Below are positions 53,606 through 64,000 of a stretch of 64,000 nucleotides of DNA, in pieces (the stretch's first letter is position 1; every line of letters starts with the position of its first letter). The DNA comes from Naegleria gruberi. Its lineage: Eukaryota. A program made the translations under genes and the position numbers. The stretch is taken from NCBI GenBank assembly GCA_000004985.1, contig GG738852.1; one strand, given 5' to 3'. The notes beneath the pieces were generated by a model that made no database searches, was not told the origin of the DNA, and saw only the letters and a list, made by a program, of their open reading frames with translations.

Positions 53606-54727
53606 TCACGAGTTTACTTCAACACGACAAATTGGACAACAAGTAGAGTGATTATTCAACCAATTATCAATGCAATTCTTATGGAAAATATGGGCACACT
53701 TTGTAATCCATCTCACTTCATCTCCCTCTTCAAAGTCACACATACAAGTAATACACATGTCACCCTCAGTAATTTGTGGCATATCTGATTGACATACTTC
53801 TCCAAAATGATTTAATGTACAACATGGCAATGAATCCAAAATATTTTCTGAAACTGTCTTTTTCTTAACAGTATTATCTAATTGTAAAAGAAGATCATAA
53901 TCTTCAGCAGTTAATTCTCTTTGAGTAAGGGCAAGCAATAAATTATATTCGATACCACATTCTCTAGCATAGTCATTGACATGATGATCAGTGAGTGAGT
54001 GAGAAATGGCTTGTTGTAATTGAGCTTCTTCATCCGAATTGCTTCCGTGTTGATGATGTCTGTTATTATTGTTATTCGAATAATTATTATCTGCATATCT
54101 AATAGGTGGTGGAGTGTAAATCTTTGAGGAAACTTTCTCTCTCTTTTCAATTACTTCTTCTTGTTGCTTTTTCAATTCTCTGTGATGAATTCTTCTCTTT
54201 GGATTAATTCTCATTCTCTTAAACTTTTGCTTGACTTTCTTCATATTGGCCAAGTGTTTAAACTTCATTCCTCCCAAACAATGATTGTATTCATATTCTT
54301 CAAAGTATTCTTCATATAAATTATTGTTGTATTCTTCTTCTTCTGCTTCTTCAAAGCCTTCTTCATCTTCATCAATCAATTCTTCCAATTGATTATTGAA
54401 AATATCTTCATATTCAGCATTGAATGGATATTCAAACTTGATAACTTGATATTCAAAATCTTCAGAAGCATTGAACAATTCTTCTTCTAAATCCATAACA
54501 TCACCCCATTCACTTGTATTGGTACTATTGCTATTATTACTCAATGATGAGTAGGTGCTACAATTTGTTTGATCATTAAAATCTTCAAAGAGAATTTCCT
54601 CACTTGATTTGCTCATCTTCAAGGTAACCAATTCTGCTACTTCTATGATATTTTGGTCGTCCTTGTTGCTAAATCCATTGATCATGATTGTTTTGTTGGT
54701 TTTTTTCTTGTTTGAAATTGAATTCAT
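53606..54727 (-). CDS. Acidic RING-H2 zinc-finger protein (probable E3 ubiquitin ligase), single exon, 373 aa
   Basis: C-terminal CITCMCDFEEGDEVRWITKCAHIFHKNCIDNWLNNHSTCCPICRVEV matches C3H2C3. ATG at 54727. Confidence 0.7.
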   Translation of the reverse strand: MNSISNKKKTNKTIMINGFSNKDDQNIIEVAELVTLKMSKSSEEILFEDFNDQTNCSTYSSLSNNSNSTNTSEWGDVMDLEEELFNASEDFEYQVIKFEYPFNAEYEDIFNNQLEELIDEDEEGFEEAEEEEYNNNLYEEYFEEYEYNHCLGGMKFKHLANMKKVKQKFKRMRINPKRRIHHRELKKQQEEVIEKREKVSSKIYTPPPIRYADNNYSNNNNNRHHQHGSNSDEEAQLQQAISHSLTDHHVNDYARECGIEYNLLLALTQRELTAEDYDLLLQLDNTVKKKTVSENILDSLPCCTLNHFGEVCQSDMPQITEGDMCITCMCDFEEGDEVRWITKCAHIFHKNCIDNWLNNHSTCCPICRVEVNS

Positions 54728-54906
54728 TTCCTGTTATTTACGAACAGTTAAAAATAGATTTCAAGGTTCAACTTCCAGGTTGCCATCTCAATTGTCATGG
54801 TTGTAAATGTTCACAAAAGATTTGACAAGATTTTCATTCCTTCTGAAGAAATTTGATAAAGTTTAGGAGATTTTATTAATAATCTTTTCACTGTTTGTTA
54901 TTAATT

Positions 54907-55817
54907 TTATACATTTACAACAGTTGTTCCTGTAGCACCAGTTGTAACAACAGTGATACCACCACTTGGTCCTCCCTTATTTCCTCTCTTTGTTGTATAG
55001 ATTACCAAAGCTGCAATTGCAATGCATGATAAACAACAACAAGCAATAATACCAATAATGACACCAATGGCAATTCCTGTTGCATCTGGTGGAGTTGCTT
55101 CCTTAACATTTCTTGAAGGAGTATCTGAACTAGTGGTTGATTCCAAATAGCCATCCAAATAGCATTTGGAAGTTTCAGAGGTTAATGTGATTGTGAATAA
55201 TTCATCAATATTTGAAGGAGCTACCAAGGAAACTGGTTTGTCTTGGCCCAAAAGACTTAACAATCCCACTTCGAAAGTAAAGAAGTTTCCCTCAGATGTC
55301 TTGATCTTTAGTTTGCCACCTGCAGCAACATGAACAGTTCCAGTATATTTCATTCCCTTTGGAACAAGCATTTTATAGGAACCAGAGCTAGGAATGTCGT
55401 TAGTTCTAGATGTTGCAACTAGATTGTTGATGGAGGAAGGTAAATCAGTTGAAGATTTGTCCTTAAATTCCATAGTAATAACAGTGGAGCAAATATCTAA
55501 TAGGTCTTTTCTCTGAAGTGTGAAAATGTCTCCATCTTTGTCAGGAATTAATTCTAATTCGAGTAATTTATCTGTAACTTGAATGGTCTTGAAGGTTTCT
55601 CCATTTCTAAGAACCAAAATGTTGCAAATAAAAGGGGTTGAACTATGGTCAAGTTAGCCTTCATATTACTTTGAAAAGGAACTGATGAAATAGATTTATA
55701 ATCCCCTCCAAACGTAAAGTACCTTTTGCCAGCTCCAAAATTAACATCACACACAATAAATTCGCTAATCATTAAGGTTGCTGTTAAGGCAAGCAAAAAT
55801 AGTAAGGAAGCTTTCAT
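54907..55817 (-). CDS. Type I membrane protein (signal peptide, Ser/Thr-rich ectodomain, one TM helix, Gly/Thr-rich tail). Two exons: join(55817..55723, 55606..54907), ~264 aa.
   Basis: Exon 1 MKASLLFLLALTATLMISEFIVCDVNFGAGK + 116-nt intron (55607..55722, gtactt...gctaac...ttcttag) + exon 2 RNGETFKTIQV... TM helix IAIGVIIGIIACCCLSCIAIAALVIY, then KRGNKGGPSGG. Phases are consistent, but the donor (GTACTT) is weak. Confidence 0.45.
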
Positions 55818-56403
55818 GTTGAAGTTGTTGAAGTATTTGTTTTGTTTTCAATATATTCAAAATTATTTTGTTCTCTGGCTTTTTAAACCTTTTGCATCCT
55901 TTGTGCCTGCAGGCAGTTTGTCAACGAACGCATTTATGCACTTTTAAAGACAGAGTTTACAACTGTAAATCGAGTGCCCTCCATTACAACGTAAAGTGTT
56001 TGTCGTAAATAGTATTGTTCCTGTAATGAGGTGAGTGTTACGATTACTGAGGAAGAGAATTAAATACGAATTGTGCATATGTGCCTGTTGTGTAAAACCA
56101 AGCATAAGTTGACACTTCATGCATTGTTGTACGATATTTTGATCATTCAATATACACATCTCAAAGCAATTACTTACCATTCACATCGACAATATTAAAT
56201 TGGTGTCAGATCCGGCTACAGGTTATTGATGGCAATCTTAATGAGAACCTATTCTCAAGAAATTTCAATGTCCTCCTATTTTTAATTAACTTGTTTGCAT
56301 TCTTATTGAATTAAAACAATTTTTGTCAATTTCCTTGAAATGATAATATTAATACATTTGAAGGGAAGTTGTAAATTATGTATTGTGTGAACATCCAATA
56401 ACA

Positions 56404-58242
56404 ATGTCCAAAAAAAACCCAAAAAAAATGTCAAGCATTGCCACAACTGTGCATCTTGTGGATTTCCATCCAACACTCACATGCAATCACCTTCATCTCT
56501 TCCGACAATTCATGATGCAAACTCAATCACGCAAAAGTACTTTCCTCCGACTTCGAACAGATGCATTATTACTGGGTGGTTATCATTTACGCACTCTCCG
56601 TATATTGTTGAGTCAAGTAGAAGATGAGTTTCGAAAAGAGTTATTGGATGATGAACAAGTCATGTCAAAATATGTTGATTTTGATGGTAGATTGTATTTT
56701 TGGGCAAGTGATAGATTGAAAGATGATTTTAATTTCATTAAGAGAGCTGTTCAACAGAATGGAATGTTAATATTAAGCATTAATGAAGGACATTTATCAA
56801 GAGATTTGATGATGACAGCAGTTCAAGAGGATGGTTTGGCAATTAAAGCTGGTTTTGATTCAGATTTGGAAATTTGTAGACAAGCTGTCAAAAGCAATGG
56901 ACTGGCATTTGATTATATAAGCGGAGACATGGTAAATAATGAGATTGCTAACTTGGCTTTTGATGATAATCCATTTGATGACCGTTGTTCTTACCTAATT
57001 ACAGATGAACATGTTCGAAATAAGGTGGCTCTCCATTGTGGAATTTTGACAAATGACGTTGGGTCAAATTTTAGAAAGGAAATAATTGAAGAGGTTTTAA
57101 AAATTAGTCCATTCTCCCAACATTATTTATACCAGTTTAATAATCTGTCTGAGGATGAAATATTTGATTTGACTAAAATAGCCATTCAATATGCTGGTGA
57201 TGTGGACGAAATAATTCGTCTCGACGATTTCACAATCGAACAATGTGAAGAATTGGTAAAATATGAAGGAAATATTCTTGGTTTAATTGAGGATGAAGAT
57301 CAAACAAGAGAAATGATTCAAAGTGCTGTGAGAAATTGTGGAACATCTCTGAATTTTGCCAATAAGGAACTTGTTGATGATGAAATTATACTGGATGCAA
57401 TCAAACAAGATCCACAAGCTATTCAATTCACTAAATATGATAGTAATTTCATATTGGATCGTGTGAGAGAGAATGGAGAGGTTCTGGCTCATATTCATGA
57501 AGAGCAACAATTTGGAGAGGACAGAGAAATAGTATTGGCTGCTGTGAGTAATTATGGAATGGCACTGGGGTATGCCTCTGGAGAATTACAAGATGATGAG
57601 GAAATTGTAATGGCAGCAGTTTCAAATTGTGGAGTGGCTTTGGAATTTGCCGATAATCGATTGAGAGGTAGACCAGATTTTGTTCTCAAGGCAGTTTCTG
57701 AGAATGGTCTTGCATTAGAATTTGCCCTTATTCAAAACGAGGAAATTGTAACAACTGCTCTCAATCAATGCGTATTTGCCTTCTCTTTTGTTGAGCCACA
57801 ATGGGTTACTAAGGAAATTGCTATTATGGCAATTAAAAGATGCCCTTATTTGTTCAAAGAGGAAAATATGCTCCACGTTCGTGATAGAGAGGTGACACTT
57901 TGTGCAGTAGCAGGTTTTGGAGGAAATTTGCAATTTGCAGCAGATGAATTCAAGTCTGATTCAGAAGTTGTAATGATTGCTGTGTCAAATTGTGGATCGA
58001 CACTGAGTGAGGCAGATGAAGATTTGCAGGATGATTACGAAATAGTCAAGGCAGCTATAATGAACAATCCATCAAGTCTGGATTTTGCATCCGATAGACT
58101 CAAATTAGATTGGTCACTCCTCAGACTTTATAAAGAATTGCAAGATGCTGACCTTTTCATTCTCAATTCATGGGAAGATGAGTTTGGCTCCACTTTGAAA
58201 CGATACAGAGAGGAGGAAGATGACTTGTTAGAAGGAAGATGA
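56404..58242 (+). CDS. Protein made of tandem DUF4116 repeats, single exon, ~612 aa
   Basis: At least eight ~37-aa repeats follow the pattern (E/D)IVxxAVxxNGxAL(E/Q)(F/Y)A...L..D.E, for example DREIVLAAVSNYGMALGYASGELQDDEEIVMAAVSNCGVALEFADNRLRGRPDFVLKAVSENGLALEFA. First ATG at 56404 (the track start at 56383 is TTG). Confidence 0.6.
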   Translation: MSKKNPKKMSSIATTVHLVDFHPTLTCNHLHLFRQFMMQTQSRKSTFLRLRTDALLLGGYHLRTLRILLSQVEDEFRKELLDDEQVMSKYVDFDGRLYFWASDRLKDDFNFIKRAVQQNGMLILSINEGHLSRDLMMTAVQEDGLAIKAGFDSDLEICRQAVKSNGLAFDYISGDMVNNEIANLAFDDNPFDDRCSYLITDEHVRNKVALHCGILTNDVGSNFRKEIIEEVLKISPFSQHYLYQFNNLSEDEIFDLTKIAIQYAGDVDEIIRLDDFTIEQCEELVKYEGNILGLIEDEDQTREMIQSAVRNCGTSLNFANKELVDDEIILDAIKQDPQAIQFTKYDSNFILDRVRENGEVLAHIHEEQQFGEDREIVLAAVSNYGMALGYASGELQDDEEIVMAAVSNCGVALEFADNRLRGRPDFVLKAVSENGLALEFALIQNEEIVTTALNQCVFAFSFVEPQWVTKEIAIMAIKRCPYLFKEENMLHVRDREVTLCAVAGFGGNLQFAADEFKSDSEVVMIAVSNCGSTLSEADEDLQDDYEIVKAAIMNNPSSLDFASDRLKLDWSLLRLYKELQDADLFILNSWEDEFGSTLKRYREEEDDLLEGR

Positions 58243-58470
58243 TACAGAGACATTCTCACCAACAGCTAAAATTAAGAAATTAAACAGTGATGAATAAATT
58301 ACTTTACTTGTCATCTATACCTCTGAATTCGTGGTTCTTTATTCGAAACTAATCAAATATTTGCCTCACTTCTTTTGCTTTGTCAGCAGAAGGTAGGCAA
58401 CAGAAGGATTCCAACAGATTGCTTAGGACAGTGAATATCATGCTTTGAGCAAGCTCACATTGAACACTTA

Positions 58471-59814
58471 TTACTTCTTTTCTCTATTCTTTCTATCTGA
58501 ATTGTAGAATGGTGAAGAAAAGTCTGTAGTGTCTTGATCTTTGAGATTGGTATACTTAGGTTGACGAGCTCTTCCAGGATTTTTTGTTTGATAATATTTT
58601 GGCAGTAGGTCATAATTGATATGATCCTTACCGGTCGGTGCATGAGCAACTTGGGCTGCCTTCTCAGCAATTTCCTCATCATCCATAAAGAAGGCACCCT
58701 TGTGGTAGTATCTTTGTCCTGTTTTGAATTTTGGCTTTTCAGTGTTTTGAGAATTTGATTTACCCTCCTTATCTGCACTATCCTTGAAAGAGGAATTGTT
58801 TGCTCTCCTTTGTAATTCCTTATCAGATTCGTCTCTGGTTTGTTTAATGAGCGAGAGACGTTTCATTTCTCTTTCAATCCAGGCCATCATTTCGCCATTT
58901 GGATCAATATCATCAGAATCATTCACACTCAAAATATCTTCATCAATCTTGACAGCCTTCTTTCTGTTAGCTTCATTTTCCAATTCTTTATCCAAGAGCT
59001 TGACACTCTTTTCACGTTTTTGTTCTTGTCTCTTTCTTTCCAATTCTAATTGTCGATTTTCTTCTTCCTCCAATTCTTGATCAGTCTTAATAGTTGACCT
59101 CCTATTTTTAGAAATGAAAACTGGCCTAATATCTTCCTCTTCACTGCTACTACTGGAGCTATCACTACTCTCTATTTTGTGGTGATGTTGGGTAGTAATG
59201 GAGTGTTGTTGATTATTGGAAGGAATATTTTGATGAGTTGATTGTTGAATAGTTGATGATTTCACAGGTGATTGATCTTCCTTTTTCACAACCTTTAGTT
59301 TTTTTCTATCAATTTCCAAATCTTCATCATCACTACTTTCATTCATCCTTTCCTTATTCTTGGCTTCTTGAATTAGAGGAGCTGACACATCTTTTTCAGA
59401 TTTCACCACTTGGGATGAATTCATTGAATGTGTACTAGAAGCTCCTCCAAGAAGCATGGCATCCAATGAATTTAAACTAGCATCCTCTTTTTGTTTGGAA
59501 AGAAGACGAGCTCTGAGTCTTGCTCTTCTATCTTCCATATCACTATCTTCTTCATCTGATGAAGATGATTCCGATTCAAATCTTCTCTCCTCATTATTAT
59601 TCTTTGAAATGACTCTCGTTGTTGTATTAGGTTTAATAGCAGCAATAGGTTGTTGTTGTTTTGTTGTTATATTACTAATTGCTTTAGAAACTTGTTGTGG
59701 AGTAAATTGCTTTTGATTGTTTTTAGTTGATGATGCAAATACACCACCATCATCATCCGAATCGGAATTGTTGTTGGCTATTGATGGTGCTTGCCCTTTT
59801 CTAAGTCTTTTCAT
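58471..59814 (-). CDS. MFAP1: Microfibrillar-associated protein 1 (MFAP1, spliceosomal B-complex protein), single exon, 447 aa
   Basis: C-terminal GQRYYHKGAFFMDDEEIAEKAAQVAHAPTGKDHINYDLLPKYYQTKNPGRARQPKYTNLKDQDTTDFSSPFYNS matches human MFAP1 [67 protein letters not shown]. The central part is an acidic, Ser-rich and charged coiled-coil region. Confidence 0.85.
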   Translation of the reverse strand: MKRLRKGQAPSIANNNSDSDDDGGVFASSTKNNQKQFTPQQVSKAISNITTKQQQPIAAIKPNTTTRVISKNNNEERRFESESSSSDEEDSDMEDRRARLRARLLSKQKEDASLNSLDAMLLGGASSTHSMNSSQVVKSEKDVSAPLIQEAKNKERMNESSDDEDLEIDRKKLKVVKKEDQSPVKSSTIQQSTHQNIPSNNQQHSITTQHHHKIESSDSSSSSSEEEDIRPVFISKNRRSTIKTDQELEEEENRQLELERKRQEQKREKSVKLLDKELENEANRKKAVKIDEDILSVNDSDDIDPNGEMMAWIEREMKRLSLIKQTRDESDKELQRRANNSSFKDSADKEGKSNSQNTEKPKFKTGQRYYHKGAFFMDDEEIAEKAAQVAHAPTGKDHINYDLLPKYYQTKNPGRARQPKYTNLKDQDTTDFSSPFYNSDRKNREKK

Positions 59815-59954
59815 TTTTTTAATATATTATTTCTCCACCTTCATTAAATAATATTGATATTACTAAGTAAATTGGTAATAACTATTGTTTTTATTATTTT
59901 CTAAATGTTTGAATTAAATATTCACTAAATTAATTATGAAAAATTAACAAGATA

Positions 59955-61184
59955 TTAATTTTGTTTTCCTTGCTGATAGAAATATTGAATGGTTTGAATG
60001 GCAGATTCCTTAAAGTTGTACTTTGGAGTCCAACCATTGTTGGTCAATCTTCTAACTGATGCCATTGATGCACTGACATCTCCAGCTCTCTTTGGTTTGT
60101 AAATTCTCTTCTTTGCTGGTTTACCTGAAAGTTTAGAACATTCTGATTCAACTAAATCAGCCAATTGATTAATTGTAATGTATGATCCATATCCAACATT
60201 GAAAACTCCAAATTCTCCAATATAGAATGATGCATAAACATTGGCCCAAACAACGTCCTTAACATAGACAAAGTCACGAGTTTGTCTTCCATCTCCAAAA
60301 ACTTCAATAGCTTCATTTTGCTTACAAGCTCTATCAATGAAACGTGGAATAGCAGCTGCATACTGACTGTTTGGATCTTGTCTTTCACCAAAAACATTGA
60401 AATAACGAAGAGCAATGGCAACCATTGGTTCTCCATCTTTGGAATTTTCCAAAGCTTGTTGACTGTGGAATTTACACAAAAATTCACCATCATACTTGCT
60501 TTGAGCATATGGAGATTCACAACTTGGATTCATATTTTCCATCTTTGGAACAGTTGGATCAAAACCATAAATAGCTGCAGAACTACTAAGAACGACCTTT
60601 TTAACATGTCCTGTTGCTCTAGCTTCATCCAATACAATATCAGTTCCAATAGTGTTAATATCAAAATAAATCTTTGGATTGGACATTGATTCCGGTACAG
60701 AAATAAGGGCAGCCAAATGATAAATAAATCTAATTTGGTAAGCTTGGAGAGTTTCTCTTAATTTTTGTCTATCCATAATAGAAGCCTTTACAAAAACGAT
60801 CTTTTTTGTTGAATCAATTGAATATAACATTTCTAAATTTGAATTTGTTTCAACATTTGGATTTCCTGTTGATTGTGCTGTTGAATGTAAATTATCATAA
60901 ATTACAATTCTTTGACATAATGGTTCATTCTTAATAAAATGTTCAGCAATATGTGAACCAATAAATCCAGCTCCACCTGTAATCATTACAGCATAGGCTT
61001 GTGATGGTTCTTTACTCTTCTTTAATTTTCTAAAAAAGTGTGTATTGGCAATACTATTATTTCCTCCCGAAGAATGTTGATCGAATAATAAACGAATGAC
61101 TATGACGATGGCAATGGCAGACACAAGCAGGAGAACCCACTTTCTCGGCTGTTGAAAAACATTTCCAACCATTGATTGTATCAT
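59955..61184 (-). CDS. Membrane-anchored (type II) NAD-dependent nucleotide-sugar epimerase of the SDR family (UDP-glucuronate 4-epimerase / WbpP-like), ~409 aa
   Basis: Rossmann motif MITGGAGFIGSH, catalytic YAQSK, and C-terminal RAGDVSASMASVRRLTNNGWTPKYNFKESAIQTIQYF (compare plant GAE [39 protein letters not shown]). N-terminal TM helix KWVLLLVSAIAIVIVIRLL. First ATG at 61184 (the track start at 61277 is TTG). Confidence 0.75.
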   Translation of the reverse strand: MIQSMVGNVFQQPRKWVLLLVSAIAIVIVIRLLFDQHSSGGNNSIANTHFFRKLKKSKEPSQAYAVMITGGAGFIGSHIAEHFIKNEPLCQRIVIYDNLHSTAQSTGNPNVETNSNLEMLYSIDSTKKIVFVKASIMDRQKLRETLQAYQIRFIYHLAALISVPESMSNPKIYFDINTIGTDIVLDEARATGHVKKVVLSSSAAIYGFDPTVPKMENMNPSCESPYAQSKYDGEFLCKFHSQQALENSKDGEPMVAIALRYFNVFGERQDPNSQYAAAIPRFIDRACKQNEAIEVFGDGRQTRDFVYVKDVVWANVYASFYIGEFGVFNVGYGSYITINQLADLVESECSKLSGKPAKKRIYKPKRAGDVSASMASVRRLTNNGWTPKYNFKESAIQTIQYFYQQGKQN

Positions 61185-61497
61185 TTTTAGAGTTTGAGAA
61201 GTTATTGTTTGTGATGTTGTTTTTTTCTCTCTGAAGAGTTGTGTTGATTCATTACTGTGTGTTGTGTCATCCAACAACTATTTTCTTTCCGTTAGGAGAA
61301 GAAGATGACGATTAGTTATTGTATCATTATTTTACTAGATCCCATTCAACATTAGTTTTAGAAAATTGATAAAACAATCATCATGTATTAATAAATCAAA
61401 AACATGTAGTATATACAAGCAATTTACTGGAAAACTTTGATTGAACAAAAATAGCTTTTGCAATTCCATCAGCATCATCAACAATAAGATTAAAAAA

Positions 61498-62940
61498 ATG
61501 TTAAAGCGTTCCGTACAAAGTGTTAATAGATTGAGAAAGACATCACAATTGAACAAGCTTCAAAATCAATTGTTGTGTTCATTGATTGTTAGATCCTATC
61601 AATTTAATTCAAATCCTACAAAGAGTGAATTTACTGTGGGAGGAAATATTTCTACTCATGGAACCATTCCTGGTCTTCAAATTTCTGGTAGTGAAAGTTA
61701 TTCCGAAAGATTGAGAACAACTCTTTTGAGTGTAAGTGTACTCTGATTGATCAAATTTTAATCAATATTTAAATATTATTTAATTAATATTAATATGGAA
61801 TTAATTTGTATCTTTTTATATACAAAATCCTACTAATTCATCAATTCATTAACATCAAATAACACTTTATATATTATGGAATTAAATTTTATAATTTGCA
61901 TGAATGAATTTAATGATCAAATCATCATCATCAATAATTATACAAAATAGCCAATTATTATTGTACCACACGGTGAACAATGGGTTGTTGAACGTTTTGG
62001 ACGTTTCTGTAAAACATTGGACAGTGGTATTCACTTTTTACTCCCATTCTTAGATACTGTCTCCTATAAACACACAACAAAGGAAATTATATTGGAAGTT
62101 AACAAACAAACAGCCATTACAAAGGATAACGTTCAACTCTCTTTGGATGGTGTCTTGTATACAAGAATTACTGATGCCTATAAGGCCAGTTATGAAATTG
62201 AAAAGCCATTCGTTGCCATTATGAATTTGGCTCAAACTACAATGAGAAGTGAAATTGGTAAAATTACACTTGATAATACTTTTGCTGAGAGACAACATTT
62301 GAATGAAAAGATTGTTCAAGGTATTGAAAAGATTGCTTCTGGATGGGGTATTAGTATTCAAAGATATGAAATCAGAGATATTCAAGTACCAACTCAAATT
62401 AAACAAGCGATGGATCTTGAAGCTGAAGCTGAACGTAAGAAGAGAAAGACTGTTCTTGATTCATTGGCTGAAAAGGAAGCTCAAGAAAACGTTGCTAAGG
62501 GTAGAAAGACTGCTGTAGAATTGATTTCTGAAGCTAACATGATTGAAGAACAAAATATTGCTAGAGGTAGAGCTTTTGCTATCAAGGCTAATGCTGAAGC
62601 TTATGCTGAAGCTATTGAAAGATTGGCAGCTGCTATCAGTAATGAGAATGGTGAAAAGGCTGTTGCTTTAAAGATTGCTGAACAATATATTGAACAATTT
62701 GGTCATTTAGCAAAGGCTGGTAACACTGTCATTATTCCAAACAATGTCAATGATATTTCTGGACAAGTTACACAAGCTGTCACCATTTTTGATCAAATTT
62801 TCAACAAGACAAAGAACCAAACTCCAGCTCTTTCAAAGGAACAAGCCTTATTGAGGTTAAAGGAAATCAGTGGTGTTGAAGAACCAACTCATGTCAATGT
62901 CACTGAAGCTCCAATTAAGCCATCATCAAAACTTAATTAA
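61498..62940 (+). CDS. STOML2: Stomatin-like protein 2, mitochondrial (SPFH/band-7 family). Two exons: join(61498..61731, 61951..62940), 407 aa.
   Basis: Exon 1 encodes a presequence-like N-terminus (MLKRSVQSVNRLRK...). A 219-nt intron runs from gtaagt to caaaatag. Exon 2 PIIIVPHGEQWVVERFGRFCKTLDSGIHFLLPFLDTVSYKHTTKEIILEV...LDGVLYTRITDAYKASYEIEKPFVAIMNLAQTTMRSEIGKITLD is collinear with human STOML2 (VVLFVPQQEAWVVERMGRFHRILEPGLNILIPVLDRIRYVQSLKEIVINV...IDGVLYLRIMDPYKASYGVEDPEYAVTQLAQTTMRSELGKLSLD). Confidence 0.85.
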
Positions 62941-63044
62941 TTGTTGTAAATTAAAGTTAGATTTATTTATTGAGCTATTTGGGAAGTTATTGTCCTAGTT
63001 AAATTTAAATTTTGCAAGTTAGTGGAGGAGTGAATATAGTACAA

Positions 63045-64000
63045 TTATTTTTGATTTGAAGAAATTAGTAATTTTACCCTTGTTAAATTTGCTCTCACAA
63101 TATAGGTCAGCACATCGTGATCAAATCTCACAAATCCTCCCACAAAATCATCCCAATATTTCACACTAAAGTCTCTTGTTGGTAGATCTGTAATTTTCAA
63201 TCTAATTTTTGCAATTAATAGAGAAGGATCACAATTCATCAAATGAACACTATGATAAATCATCACAGTTTCATCTCTGAATGTGACAAAGAAGGCAATA
63301 GGTGGTGAATGCTGTATCTCATCTTGGATTCCTTGTCTTTCTGATAATGTACTTGTATCATTTAAATGTTGATTTCCCTCAATCCTTGATATTTTCATCA
63401 ATTCATCCTCTTCCATTTTCATTACTTGTCTTCCCATACTTGTTGCTTGACTTGAATTCATCATTAATAATGAATCATTCACTTGTTTTGGTTGTTCCTC
63501 TATTTGTGATGATAATATCGATGATGAGGATGGTGTTATTGGCTCATTATGATCGGAATTATTCACATCCAATACTATAATATTTGATACACATTCCACT
63601 CCTCCAACTGCTTGTGATAAGGATGCATCTATTGAATGCTTAATTTCATTTCCAATTTTAATTAATTCAGAACTAGCTAATTGAGAATTATTCAATGAAT
63701 TTGAATTATTACTTTTTTCCTCCGTAGAACTTCTATCAGAGAGTGAACTAGATACATGATGATCATCCATATTAATAATTGGTGGTGATATTACACTTGT
63801 CGATTCCGAAGGTATTATTGAAGAAGTAGTAGTAGTAGTAGCAGTACTATTAGATGAAGATGACGATGAAATTAAATTATTCTCATCATTAGTATTATTA
63901 TTAATAATAGGTTGAGGTGATGAGGGAGGATTCAGTTTCTTCTTCTTTAACAATCTCACCGATGAATGAGCAAATGAAGTGGCAATACTAGCACTTGTAA
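63045..64000 (-). CDS. PB1-domain protein, 3' portion. The 5' end lies beyond the window end.
   Basis: C-terminal IAFFVTFRDETVMIYHSVHLMNCDPSLLIAKIRLKITDLPTRDFSVKYWDDFVGGFVRFDHDVLTYI fits the PB1 fold pattern (..vKvky.d..r.f......eL..ki...f......f.lkYkDedgdlv.l.sDeDL). Upstream is a Ser/Thr/Asn-rich region. The reading frame stays open from 63959 to the window edge; the track start at 63959 is GTG. Confidence 0.45.
   Translation of the reverse strand, partial: TSASIATSFAHSSVRLLKKKKLNPPSSPQPIINNNTNDENNLISSSSSSNSTATTTTTSSIIPSESTSVISPPIINMDDHHVSSSLSDRSSTEEKSNNSNSLNNSQLASSELIKIGNEIKHSIDASLSQAVGGVECVSNIIVLDVNNSDHNEPITPSSSSILSSQIEEQPKQVNDSLLMMNSSQATSMGRQVMKMEEDELMKISRIEGNQHLNDTSTLSERQGIQDEIQHSPPIAFFVTFRDETVMIYHSVHLMNCDPSLLIAKIRLKITDLPTRDFSVKYWDDFVGGFVRFDHDVLTYIVRANLTRVKLLISSNQK

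Overview
This window is nuclear DNA from an AT-rich eukaryote, not a prokaryote. It carries about 36 protein-coding genes on both strands, roughly one per 1.8 kb, and many are interrupted by GT-AG spliceosomal introns. Introns fall into two size classes: very short ones of 39-50 nt and longer ones of about 100-220 nt. Several show a fungal-type CTAAC branch motif. The standard genetic code applies. The ORF track uses bacterial-style starts, and many of its 'M' residues are really TTG or GTG codons. I re-derived true ATG starts and exon-exon joins by hand, and frames and lengths close for all spliced models except the unresolved 23616..24504 gene. IFT81 and an SDS22-type LRR/coiled-coil centrosomal protein imply a ciliated or flagellated organism. 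That excludes dictyostelids and non-flagellated fungi and is consistent with a zoosporic, early-diverging fungus-like lineage or a similar protist. I cannot identify the species.

Confidently recognised genes, in window order: MED10, MPP10, V-ATPase subunit H, mitochondrial GrpE, PEX5, a class-I cyclic-nucleotide phosphodiesterase, SGT, IFT81, ALDH7A1 (antiquitin), UBE2N/Ubc13 in five exons, a SWEET sugar transporter, an F-box plus RasGEF protein, PRP38, a RING-H2 protein, MFAP1, a membrane-anchored NAD-dependent sugar-nucleotide epimerase, and STOML2. More unusual items follow.
- An intact, intronless 2-kb ORF at 21476..23472 looks like a TNP2-type (CACTA/En-Spm, Plavaka/KDZ-like) transposase. 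One of the two 50-N assembly gaps interrupts it.
- A FERM domain is fused to ribonuclease-inhibitor-type LRRs at 6285..9141.
- A protein at 56404..58242 is built from tandem DUF4116 repeats.
- A secreted protein at 19435..21150 carries a MACPF-like motif.
- An intron-containing gene at 16745..17987 encodes an ATP-grasp (RimK-like) protein.
- A 5-kb intronless gene at 36231..41258 encodes a 1675-aa protein I could not assign.
- PEX5 shows an apparent +1 frameshift in a G run 40 nt before the second assembly gap; it is most likely a sequence error.
- MED10 and its convergent neighbour have stop codons 2 bp apart.
- A TTCGCGCCA pair upstream of the phosphodiesterase gene resembles an E2F site.
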